Below, piece by piece: positions 46,375 to 54,532 of a stretch of DNA of 64,000 nt. The DNA is from an uncultured Candidatus Saccharibacteria bacterium. GTDB taxonomy: Bacteria > Patescibacteriota > Minisyncoccia > Minisyncoccales > CAYZYK01. The DNA lies in assembly GCA_964507665.1 (NCBI GenBank), contig CAZDPT010000003.1, positions 3,210 through 67,209 on the forward strand, read 5' to 3'. The translations under genes were made by a program, and so were the position numbers. The notes below the pieces were generated by a model that searched no databases, was not told where the DNA came from, and saw only the letters and a program-made list of their open reading frames with translations. The first letter of the stretch is position 1. Every line of letters begins with the position of its first letter.

Positions 46375-48153
46375 TTATTTAAGAATAGCTTTTATTCTTC
46401 TTACTCCTGCTGAAGATGATTCTTCTTTTATGATCTCAAACTCTCCCAGCTTAGAGGTATTTTTTACATGAGGTCCTGCACAAACCTCTTCTGAAAAATC
46501 TCCAATAGAATAAACATTTACTTTATCAGGATAATCAGCTCCAGGAACAGTAAGAGCACCAGATTCTAAAGCTTGCTTTAAGGGTACCTCTCTTTTTCTA
46601 ACTTTCAAACTCCCTTCTATCTTCTGGTTCACCAAATCTTTAACTTTTTTAATTTCCTCATCAGTTAATTTTTGAGGATGTGAAAAATCAAATCTTAATC
46701 TTTCTGCATTAATATCAGAGCCTTTCTGTCTTACATGTTCCCCCAAAACTTCTCTCAGGCCTGCTTGTAAAAGATGGGTAGCGGTGTGAAGTTGAATTAC
46801 TTTCTTTTTCTCTTTTTCTGTTTTAGCTTGCTTTATTCCTACTCCCCCAAATTTTTTCTCAATTCCTGCTCGAGAAACTTGTTTGTGTTTCCGAAGAGCT
46901 TTTTTAAATCCTTTCTTATCAACCTTTTTGTTTTGTCTTTTAGCTAACTCTTCAATAAACTCTAATGGGACCCCATAAGTAGAATATAAATGGAAGGCCT
47001 TTTCCCCAGGCAGAATCTCATTAACATTTGAGATCTCTGAGGTAGTCTCTTTTATCCCTTGCTCCAAGGCCTGCTCAAATTTCTCTCTTTCTTTTTGAAC
47101 AACCGTTAAAATGTCAGTTTGTTTTGATTTAACTTTAGGATAAGAATCTTTGTAAATTTCAATTACTTTCTTTACCAAAGGAATTAAAAACCCCTCGGGC
47201 AATTCCAATAATTTACCAAACCTTATTGCTCTCCTTAAAACTCTTCTTAAGATATAACCTTCTTCAATGTTTGAAGGCAAAACATCATCTGAAATCAAAA
47301 AAACAGCACCTTTAACATGATCTGCAATAATTCTCTTTTTTTGGATATTTTCTCCCTCTGAAATTTCTATTTCTTTAATAATTGGTTGAAATAAATCGGT
47401 TCCAAATACTGAATCTTTTTCTTGGGAAACCATAGCTAATCTTTCCAAACCAGCCCCCGTATCTACTCCTTGCTGTTTCAGTTTTTCTAACTTACCATCC
47501 CCTCTTTTATTATATTGATTAAACACTAAATTCCAAAGTTCAATAAACCGACCACAATCACAATTGGGAATACATTTTTTACCTCTCTTACAGGGCATCT
47601 TAGTTAACTCATAATGAATCTCACAAGTGGGTCCACAGGGTCCTGTTTTTCCGGTAGGACCCCAAAAATTATCCTCCATTCCAAATTCTGAAATTCTCTC
47701 TTCGGGAAAACCTAAATTTTTAATAATCTCTTTTGATTCCAAATCTTTTGGAACCAGAGAAGGTTTTTTAACTCCTTTAAATATTGTAAACCACAATTTT
47801 TCTCTTTTAAAACCTATCTCTTCTGTTAAAAACTCAATTGCATATTCTATTGCCTCTTCCTTAAAATAATCACCAAAACTAAAATTTCCCAGCATCTCAA
47901 AAAAAGTAAGGTGAGTACTATCCCCTATCTCTTCAATGTCTGAAGTTCGGAAACATTTCTGTGAAGAAGCGACTCTATTACCATAGGGTGATTTTTTACC
48001 CAAAAAATAATCTTTGAATTGCTGCATTCCAGCGGTAGTCAACAAAACAGAAGCATCAGGGGGTAAAAGAGAACTTGAAGAGACTATAGTGTGTCCCTTT
48101 TTCTCAAAAAAATCTAAAAACTTTTGTCTTAATTCAAAACCAGTAAAACTCAT
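46375..48153 (-). CDS. alaS: alanyl-tRNA synthetase, short form ending after the editing domain (no C-Ala domain)
   Basis: N-terminus ELRQKFLDFFEKKGH, class II core, and editing-domain motifs HTATHLL and CAGPHV...GVRRIKA; 592 aa. Confidence 0.92.
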   Translation of the reverse strand: MSFTGFELRQKFLDFFEKKGHTIVSSSSLLPPDASVLLTTAGMQQFKDYFLGKKSPYGNRVASSQKCFRTSDIEEIGDSTHLTFFEMLGNFSFGDYFKEEAIEYAIEFLTEEIGFKREKLWFTIFKGVKKPSLVPKDLESKEIIKNLGFPEERISEFGMEDNFWGPTGKTGPCGPTCEIHYELTKMPCKRGKKCIPNCDCGRFIELWNLVFNQYNKRGDGKLEKLKQQGVDTGAGLERLAMVSQEKDSVFGTDLFQPIIKEIEISEGENIQKKRIIADHVKGAVFLISDDVLPSNIEEGYILRRVLRRAIRFGKLLELPEGFLIPLVKKVIEIYKDSYPKVKSKQTDILTVVQKEREKFEQALEQGIKETTSEISNVNEILPGEKAFHLYSTYGVPLEFIEELAKRQNKKVDKKGFKKALRKHKQVSRAGIEKKFGGVGIKQAKTEKEKKKVIQLHTATHLLQAGLREVLGEHVRQKGSDINAERLRFDFSHPQKLTDEEIKKVKDLVNQKIEGSLKVRKREVPLKQALESGALTVPGADYPDKVNVYSIGDFSEEVCAGPHVKNTSKLGEFEIIKEESSSAGVRRIKAILK

Positions 48154-48195
48154 ATGATTATTTTAACTTCTCTTCTTTATAAAATCAAATAAAAA

Positions 48196-48540
48196 TGAAA
48201 AGTCCCCACTTCGCGGAGCGGAGACTCGAGTCCTGCTCAGAGCAGGACAAAAAGAAGAACGAATGGACAGTGCGGTTTATCGCTGGCTCCACATGGTCGG
48301 GGTCAAATACCCCTGCTCAGCGATTAACCTTCGCCTATATCAGGTGGATTCCCTCCCCATCTACGGGCTTTCTTTTTACCCTCCGGGTTGGGCCTGATAC
48401 AGCGGCCCTCGTTTCTTTTATTTGTTGCGACCTATCCTCGTTTTTGAGAAACTCTTCTGGAACCCAATCCAGTAAGAAATTCCTCTCGCAAAGATAGGAC
48501 CGGCTCCTCGCCACTGTCCATTGGACTGATTACCTTTTCG
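48196..48540 (-). ncRNA. unclassified GC-rich structured RNA / alaS 5' leader element (strand assignment tentative)
   Basis: 176 G+C in 340 nt (48201-48540) versus 17/60 in the next 60 nt. Multiple nested helices include an 11-bp perfect long-range helix and a pseudoknot. A consensus promoter lies upstream on the minus strand. See findings. Confidence 0.6.
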
Positions 48541-48598
48541 CACCTAACTTACCTTTCTCTATTCTCTATTATCCTTCTCTTTTAAAGACAAACAATTT

Positions 48599-48608
48599 AA
48601 TGGACAGT
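48599..48608. repeat. 10-mer AATGGACAGT, second copy (first copy 48262-48271; exact reverse complement at 48513-48522)
   Basis: Exact matches read directly from the sequence. Confidence 0.9.
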
Positions 48609-48648
48609 AACAAGAATTTATTGTAAAGAACTATACTTTACACTTTCT

Positions 48649-48677
48649 ATTGTATCATATTATGTATTTCTTGTCAA
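48649..48677 (-). promoter_or_regulatory. consensus sigma70 promoter driving the structured RNA and alaS
   Basis: Minus strand: TTGACA (48677-48672), 17-nt spacer, TACAAT (48654-48649). Confidence 0.6.
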
Positions 48678-48704
48678 GGGTTCCTAAAATAGTGTCGTCT
48701 GAAA

Positions 48705-49220
48705 TTATGTAAATCTATCAGCTACCACCGAAGCAGCAAAAGCTTCGGGTTTAATTTTAGCTTCAAAACCGTTACTTTTAATCAATCCTACTACTTCTTT
48801 TATCATATCTCTCGTCTTCCCGTGTTTGCCAACATCAGCGTGAATGTGTTGAAATTGATAATCAAGGTTTAAAGTAGAATCTCTAATTTTCTTCTGAAGA
48901 GATTCCTTCAAAGACAAAGCTAACTCACAAGATAGTAACACTTCTTGTAAAACCCTCTGGTGAAAGTTAGAAAACTTCTTTTTTTGAGAAGGATATTTTA
49001 CTCTTTTAAGAAAAAACCTTCCTCCAGTTCCAACTCGTAAAACAACTACAGCCACAGGAAATGATACTTTATCTCCAGAACAAGAATCACACCCAACTAC
49101 AACATCATAAAATTTATTAGGTTTTTCTTTCATATAATTAAAAATTTCTCCAGTTACTTTACTGAATTTAAGATCTCCACGGGTAGGGTTATAAAAATGT
49201 CCGTCTTCAAACTTACTCAT
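48705..49220 (-). CDS. YkuK/DUF458-like protein (RNase H-like fold family)
   Basis: 171 aa. The pattern YDVVVGCDS...HADVGKHGKT...EAKIKPEAFAASVVADRFT matches my memory of B. subtilis YkuK-type proteins. Confidence 0.55.
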   Translation of the reverse strand: MSKFEDGHFYNPTRGDLKFSKVTGEIFNYMKEKPNKFYDVVVGCDSCSGDKVSFPVAVVVLRVGTGGRFFLKRVKYPSQKKKFSNFHQRVLQEVLLSCELALSLKESLQKKIRDSTLNLDYQFQHIHADVGKHGKTRDMIKEVVGLIKSNGFEAKIKPEAFAASVVADRFT

Positions 49221-49283
49221 AATAATTTATTTATATTATCAAACAAACCGAAGTTGTCAAATATAGATACTTTTAAGAATTTA

Positions 49284-50027
49284 TTAAACAGACTTAATAA
49301 TCTTTACAAACTCTGTTGCTTTAAGGGAAGCCCCTCCAATTAATAATCCATCAGTTCCTGCCTTTGAAATATATTGTTGGGAGTTCTTACTGGTAACACT
49401 GCCACCATACAAAATCCTTACTTTGTTGGCTTTGTTTCTATTATAAATTCCAGAAATAATTTTACGAACGAGCAAAATCGAACTTGTTGTTTCTTCAACA
49501 GAACAACTCTCCCCCGAACCAATAGCCCAGATTGGTTCATAAGCAACCCCTATATTCTTAATTTCTTTCCCGGGAATATCTTTTAGTGCTTCCTGAACTT
49601 GATTCTTTATTACCTCCGCTTTCTTACCCTCTCTCCTCTGCTTTTCTGTTTCACCAATACAGAGAATTACCTTTAATTTTGCTTTCAGGGCAAGTTTAAT
49701 CTTTTTATTAATCATCTTGTCTGTTTCTGAAAAATATCTCCGTCTTTCAGAATGTCCTAAAATTACATATTTACACCCTAAGCTTTTAAGCATAAAAGGT
49801 GAAATCTCCCCTGTAAAAGATCCTTTTTTTTCATAAAAGCAATTTTGAGCCCCCAGTTTAATTTCTGATGAATCCCGAAATTCACTTAAAAAGACAAAGG
49901 GAGGAGAAACAACAACCTCTGCTTTCTGATTCTTCTCTATTTTCTTCTCTATTGAATTAAAAAGTTTCTTTGCTTTAGAAAAACCAATAGGGTTACATTT
50001 CCAATTTGCTACGATTAAAGGTTTCAT
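49284..50027 (-). CDS. tpiA: triosephosphate isomerase
   Basis: ANWKCN, ILGHSERR, AYEPIWAIGSG and LYGGSV motifs. Confidence 0.95.
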   Translation of the reverse strand: MKPLIVANWKCNPIGFSKAKKLFNSIEKKIEKNQKAEVVVSPPFVFLSEFRDSSEIKLGAQNCFYEKKGSFTGEISPFMLKSLGCKYVILGHSERRRYFSETDKMINKKIKLALKAKLKVILCIGETEKQRREGKKAEVIKNQVQEALKDIPGKEIKNIGVAYEPIWAIGSGESCSVEETTSSILLVRKIISGIYNRNKANKVRILYGGSVTSKNSQQYISKAGTDGLLIGGASLKATEFVKIIKSV

Positions 50028-50049
50028 TTTTAAATTTTTAATTTAATTT

Positions 50050-51093
50050 TCATTGTTTACGTAAATATTGAGCTGCTTTTTCTGGCTCAATAGTAGAAAT
50101 TTCCATTTGGGTTCCTATTTCAAAACCAGCCCAAGTCGCTGTTTTAGGAAGAATTGTAAAATGCCAATGGTAATAATTATGTTCTTTTCCATCACAAGGG
50201 CTTGTATGTAAATAGAAATTATAAGGTGGATCATCAAGACCCTTATAAAGTTTACCAAAAGCTTTTTGAAAGGTTTCTGCTAATTGTTTCTTTTGTTTAT
50301 CTGTTATCTTTTCAAAATATGAAAGGTGTTTCTTGGGAGATATAATAATTTCAAAAGCTGCCTTTGAAGCGAAGGGACAAAGAGCTAAAAAACCATCATT
50401 CTGAAAAATAATCCGTTCTTTTTTTTCTTTCTCCCATTTATTCATTTCACAATAAATACACTTTTTGTTATCTTCAAAATATTCTTTAGCTGTTCGGAGA
50501 GCCCTTTTCAAATCACTGTCAATTAACGGAGTTGTTATAATCTGAGAATGAGGATGAGCAATGGAAGCACCTGCTTCAACTCCATGATTTTGAAAAATAG
50601 AGATATAATTTACAAATTCTTTATCCTTTAAATCTAAATATCTCTGTTGGTAAAGATCAATTAATTCTCGAATTCTGTTCTCTGAAAGCTGAGCTATTTG
50701 TTTTTTATGATCTCCAGTAACAACTACCTCATGAAACCCGACCGCATTCATTCTCTGAAAAAATTTTCCTTCCGAGCGTCTATTAAGTTCAGAAGAAGGA
50801 CTGAAAGCAGGATATTTATTTGGTAAAACAATTGTAGTCCAGTCTTTAGAAATTTTATCTCCTTTTTCAAAAGAAACTCTTTTGCCTTCAGAAAAAATAA
50901 GAGTAGGTTCTGCTTTTTCTGATATTTCACAAAAGGGACATTTTTCTCTAGAAATCTCTTCTTTCTGTCTTCTTTCTTTTCTAAAGGTTTCAGGTCTTTT
51001 GGACCTCCCTGTTGCTATTACCACCCAATCTCCAGAAACTAAATCATATCGTAACTCTGAGGGAAATTCTTTCTTCTTTTCTTTTTGAAACAT
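50050..51093 (-). CDS. galT: galactose-1-phosphate uridylyltransferase family protein (HIT superfamily)
   Basis: CPFC zinc motif and the active site ASIAHPHSQII; 347 aa. Confidence 0.85.
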   Translation of the reverse strand: MFQKEKKKEFPSELRYDLVSGDWVVIATGRSKRPETFRKERRQKEEISREKCPFCEISEKAEPTLIFSEGKRVSFEKGDKISKDWTTIVLPNKYPAFSPSSELNRRSEGKFFQRMNAVGFHEVVVTGDHKKQIAQLSENRIRELIDLYQQRYLDLKDKEFVNYISIFQNHGVEAGASIAHPHSQIITTPLIDSDLKRALRTAKEYFEDNKKCIYCEMNKWEKEKKERIIFQNDGFLALCPFASKAAFEIIISPKKHLSYFEKITDKQKKQLAETFQKAFGKLYKGLDDPPYNFYLHTSPCDGKEHNYYHWHFTILPKTATWAGFEIGTQMEISTIEPEKAAQYLRKQ

Positions 51094-51152
51094 TTTAAAA
51101 TAAATTTAAGTTAGAGGTTTAGTTAATAAATCATTTTATCATAAAATTCTCC

Positions 51153-51190
51153 AAAAAGAAAAAGGGAGTTCTCTTCTCAGAACACCTCCC
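51153..51190 (-). terminator. rho-independent terminator after map
   Basis: Minus strand: GGGAGGTGTTCTGAGAAGAGAACTCCC hairpin (51190-51164), followed by TTTTTCTTTTT. Confidence 0.65.
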
Positions 51191-51247
51191 CTAAAAGGCT
51201 ATTTACTTTCCATCAAAAAGATCACAAGAATCACGCTTTTATTATTT

Positions 51248-51991
51248 CTATTTTGTTAAGACCTGGGGTCCACTCTTGGTTACAGCAACTGTATGCTCGG
51301 AATGACAAGATAAAGAACCGTCAGCGGTTTTGTAACCGAAGCCATCCTCTGTTCTTTTTAAACGCCAATCCCCAACTGTTACCATAGGCTCCAAGCAAAA
51401 AACCATACCTTCTCTAATTTTTTCTCCTTCTTTTCTTTTGCCAAAATTCGGAATTTTAGGTTCTTGATGAAGTTCTTTGCCTATACCATGCCCGCAAAGT
51501 TCCTTTACTACCCCAAAACCCCTACCTTCCACATATCTTTGAATTGTATTTCCTATATCACCAAAGGTGTTTCCCTGTCTTGATTTTTTTATCCCTCTTT
51601 TCAGAGCTTTTTTGGTTACCCTTATTAACCGCCGCACCTCAGAGGAAACTTCAGCAACGGGTACAGTAACTGCCATGTCGGTGTGAAAACCTTTGTAAAA
51701 CATACCAATATCTAAAGACAAAATATCTCCTTTCTTTAAAATTCTGCCTGAGGGTGGAACATGAACAACTTGCTCATTTATTGAGGTACAAAGAGTTGAG
51801 GGAAAACCCTCATATCCTTTGAAAGAAGGTTTACCCTTAAATTTAAAAATCAGGGTTTCAGCTGCCCTGTTTAATTGTTCGGTAGTAATCCCCGGTTTTA
51901 CTTTCTTTTTTAATTTTTCTGTAATTTCTGCCAAAATTTCACCACTCTCTCTGATTATTTTAATTTCTGATTTTGTTTTAATGGGAATCAT
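51248..51991 (-). CDS. map: methionine aminopeptidase type I
   Basis: Metal-ligand contexts SLDIGMFYKGFHTD, CGHGIG, LEPMV and SEHTV; 247 aa. Confidence 0.93.
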   Translation of the reverse strand: MIPIKTKSEIKIIRESGEILAEITEKLKKKVKPGITTEQLNRAAETLIFKFKGKPSFKGYEGFPSTLCTSINEQVVHVPPSGRILKKGDILSLDIGMFYKGFHTDMAVTVPVAEVSSEVRRLIRVTKKALKRGIKKSRQGNTFGDIGNTIQRYVEGRGFGVVKELCGHGIGKELHQEPKIPNFGKRKEGEKIREGMVFCLEPMVTVGDWRLKRTEDGFGYKTADGSLSCHSEHTVAVTKSGPQVLTK

Positions 51992-52685
51992 TTTGACTAA
52001 TAACCTTTAAAACATCGCCGAAGACATCAGCGACTGATTGTTCTCCGTTAATTTCTTTTACTTCTATGCCTTCTTTTTTAAAATAATTCATTAATGGGAG
52101 GGTTCTTTCTTTGTACTCTTTTAAACGAACCTTGATAGTTTCTGGGTCATCTAACTTTTTTCTCTTTTTAAGTTTTGAACCATCCAAGGGACACATAGTA
52201 AGATTTTTTGTTTCTTTGTTATACAAAATTGGATGGCGTAAAAGAGAACAAATCCTTCGGTGAGAATTCCTGAAAATAGATTCTTCGGCACTCAATTTAA
52301 TTAAAACCACTTTTATATTCTCTTTCCCATATAATTTTTCTAGCAAGGGTATTATTTTTTTACCTTCAAATAAAGTTCGAGGAGACCCCCCTAAAACCAA
52401 ACTTTCTTTCCGACTGGATAGTTCTTTTATCTTTTTTGTCAACAAATAAGTAACAAAGGGAGGGGAGCATAGTTTTCCTGTCTCCCATAACTTTTTTTGT
52501 TCTTTAAAATAATATTTTTTCCCATCAACAACTACAAAATCTTTCTCCTTTGAGCTTTTTATAAAAGTTTCAATTATTTTGCTTGTTTCAAGATAATAAA
52601 GATTCAGTTTCTCTGATAAAAGTTCAGATTGAGTCCCCTTTCCTGCCCCAGGAGGACCAAGTATTATTATTACTGATTTCTGCAT
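51978..52685 (-). CDS. adk: adenylate kinase
   Basis: P-loop IIILGPPGAGKGTQ. In the conserved position after secY. Confidence 0.9.
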   Translation of the reverse strand: MQKSVIIILGPPGAGKGTQSELLSEKLNLYYLETSKIIETFIKSSKEKDFVVVDGKKYYFKEQKKLWETGKLCSPPFVTYLLTKKIKELSSRKESLVLGGSPRTLFEGKKIIPLLEKLYGKENIKVVLIKLSAEESIFRNSHRRICSLLRHPILYNKETKNLTMCPLDGSKLKKRKKLDDPETIKVRLKEYKERTLPLMNYFKKEGIEVKEINGEQSVADVFGDVLKVISQNDSH

Positions 52686-52721
52686 GATTTTAATATAATT
52701 TTAGCTTAAGGTTTTTAGTCT

Positions 52722-53999
52722 TCAAAACGTCTCGTACTCTCGCATCTGAAGTTGAGCATTCACTTGCTGTAAAGTATCCAAAACTACACTAACTACAATT
52801 AATAGACTGGTGCCTCCAATTAAGAAACTGAAGCCCCGAACTCCAGTTACTCCACCAATAATCGAAGGGAGAACAGCTATTGTACCCAAAAACATTGCCC
52901 CAAGAGGTAAAACCCTGTTCAAAATGTGATTTAGGCGTTCAGTAGTGGGCTGACCTGGCCTTATTCCGGGAATAAAACCTCCCATTTTTTGTAGATTTTC
53001 TGCAATTGCTTCGGGATTAAAAGTAACAGCAGTATAAAAATAGGTGAAAAGGATTACCAAAACAAAATAGGCCCCACCATAAAACCAAGGGTTTTGAAAC
53101 AGGCCCACAAAATTATTAATAATAGCCCCAAAAGTTCCTTCAACTCCTCCTAAAAAGTTAGCTACCATACCTGGAAGCAATAAGACCGAAAGAGCAAAAA
53201 TAATAGGGATAACTCCAGCTGGATTAACATTTAAGGGTAAATAAGTTGAAGCTCCACCATACATTTTATTGCCTCTGACTCTTTTAGCGTAGGATACAGG
53301 AATATTTCTTCTAGCTTCATTTATCATAACTACACCAGCCACTATTACTACAGCTACCCCAAAAAAGGCAGCATAAAAGGGAGTTTTGGAAACATCCCAA
53401 GTAATTATTGCTTGACCAATCGAAGCGGGAACCCGAGAAACAATTCCAGCAAAAATTAAAAGAGAGATTCCATTACCGATTCCTTTCTCTGAAATTAATT
53501 CTCCTAACCACATTAGAAATAAAGCTCCAGCTGTGATAGTTAAAATTGAAGTAGCAAGTAAGACTGATGGAAGAGAATCTATTACTCCTTGCCGCTGAAG
53601 CAAAGTTAACATTCCATAACTTTGCAAAACCGCCAAAGGAACCGTAAGCATTCTTCCGTACTGATTAAATTTTTGACGGCCTGCTTCCCCCTCCTCTCTA
53701 TACATCTTCTCCAACTGAGGAAAGATCATAGTTAAAAGTTGGAGGATAATAACTGAAGTAATATAAGGTCCCAAACCCAACATAACAAGAGAGAGATTAC
53801 TTAACGCTCCCCCTGTAAAAAGGTTTAAAAGGCCAAAAAATTGATTACCAGAAAAGAATTTTCTAAGACTTTCTAAATCTATTCCAGGAATAGGAATATT
53901 AGCGGCCAACCGGAAAACAGCAAAAATGAATAATATAAAAAGGATTTTATTCCTAATTTCTTTTTCTTTAAAAAGACGAATTAACTTGCGATACCACAT
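52722..53999 (-). CDS. secY: preprotein translocase subunit SecY
   Basis: 10-TM profile with LGLGPYITSVIILQLL and GISLLIFAGI motifs. Confidence 0.95.
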   Translation of the reverse strand: MWYRKLIRLFKEKEIRNKILFILFIFAVFRLAANIPIPGIDLESLRKFFSGNQFFGLLNLFTGGALSNLSLVMLGLGPYITSVIILQLLTMIFPQLEKMYREEGEAGRQKFNQYGRMLTVPLAVLQSYGMLTLLQRQGVIDSLPSVLLATSILTITAGALFLMWLGELISEKGIGNGISLLIFAGIVSRVPASIGQAIITWDVSKTPFYAAFFGVAVVIVAGVVMINEARRNIPVSYAKRVRGNKMYGGASTYLPLNVNPAGVIPIIFALSVLLLPGMVANFLGGVEGTFGAIINNFVGLFQNPWFYGGAYFVLVILFTYFYTAVTFNPEAIAENLQKMGGFIPGIRPGQPTTERLNHILNRVLPLGAMFLGTIAVLPSIIGGVTGVRGFSFLIGGTSLLIVVSVVLDTLQQVNAQLQMREYETF

Positions 54000-54027
54000 A
54001 TTAATTCAAATTAAGTTATAATTTATT

Positions 54028-54525
54028 TCAATTCTTTTGGGATTTTTCTTTATTTTTCTTCTTTTTCTCTGTTTTCGGGTCCTCAGAAATTTCTTTCTTA
54101 ATTTCCCCTCCTGTTGCTTTAATCTTCTCTTCTGCTCCTTTTGATGTTTTGCAACCTTTAATAATTAACTTTTTTTTAATTTCTCCTTTACCTAAAATTT
54201 TAACTTCAGGGATTCTACCCTTTATTCTACCAATAATTCCTTTCTTAACCAAAACTTCAGGAGTGATAATCTCACCCTCTTTTGTTTTGTTTTGGAGTTC
54301 TCCGACATTAACTGTAACAATTTTACTCTCTCTTGTTTTTTGTTTGTATCCTCTCAACTTTGGATATTTCTTAATTAATTCCCGAATAAGAGGTCTGGAT
54401 GTTCTTCCTGCTCTTGCTTTTTGTCCTTTTACTCCTCTTCCTGAATAAGTTCCTCTCTTACCTCCTCTTCCAACCCTTTTTTTCTTTTTTCTTTTATGTT
54501 TTGGTTTAAGTTGATGTAATTGCAT
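54028..54525 (-). CDS. rplO: 50S ribosomal protein L15 with a Lys-rich C-terminal tail
   Basis: RVGRGGKRGTYSGRGVKGQKAR. Confidence 0.95.
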   Translation of the reverse strand: MQLHQLKPKHKRKKKKRVGRGGKRGTYSGRGVKGQKARAGRTSRPLIRELIKKYPKLRGYKQKTRESKIVTVNVGELQNKTKEGEIITPEVLVKKGIIGRIKGRIPEVKILGKGEIKKKLIIKGCKTSKGAEEKIKATGGEIKKEISEDPKTEKKKKNKEKSQKN

Positions 54526-54532
54526 AATTCAA

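Noticed and set aside
48171-48258. An 8-nt complementarity between a pyrimidine tract in the leader (minus-strand UCUUCUUU, 48258-48251) and the purine tract AAAGAAGA 13 nt upstream of the alaS start.
   Set aside because: It is short, low-complexity and A/U-rich in a genome full of such runs. The purine tract is too far from the ATG to be a normal SD, and genes here mostly lack SD sites.
48195-48497. 100-aa plus-strand ORF (MKSPHFAERRLESC...) from the ORF track.
   Set aside because: It lies entirely in the GC-rich helix-dense island and has no ribosome-binding context. Its Ser/Arg/Pro-rich composition is typical of a chance ORF through a structured RNA. I treat the locus as RNA.
48196-48540. 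Assignment of the structured RNA as RNase P RNA (rnpB).
   Set aside because: The topology is tempting: outer helix, long-range helix, crossing pseudoknot, plus short resemblances such as ACTGTCCA and GAAAAGTCC. However, the universally conserved GAGGAAAGUCC and ACAGAA..GGCUUA elements are not present in the right order on either strand. GAAAAGTCC sits in the outermost helix on the plus strand, before the other elements. I leave this open for a covariance-model test rather than calling it.
48196-48540. tmRNA, T-box riboswitch, SRP RNA or 6S RNA identity for the same locus.
   Set aside because: It fails each family on specific points:
- tmRNA: there is no tRNA-like acceptor/T-arm pair at the ends, and the only long frame starting at a GCA codon is 33 codons and ends ...GEG rather than in a hydrophobic tag.
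- T-box: the TGTGGAGCCAGCG stretch only loosely resembles the T-box sequence and sits on the 3' side of an internal loop. Its UGGA would match a U73 tRNA rather than tRNA-Ala, and no specifier-loop/terminator arrangement is visible.
- SRP RNA: no SRP helix-8 motif.
- 6S RNA: the branched fold is not 6S-like.
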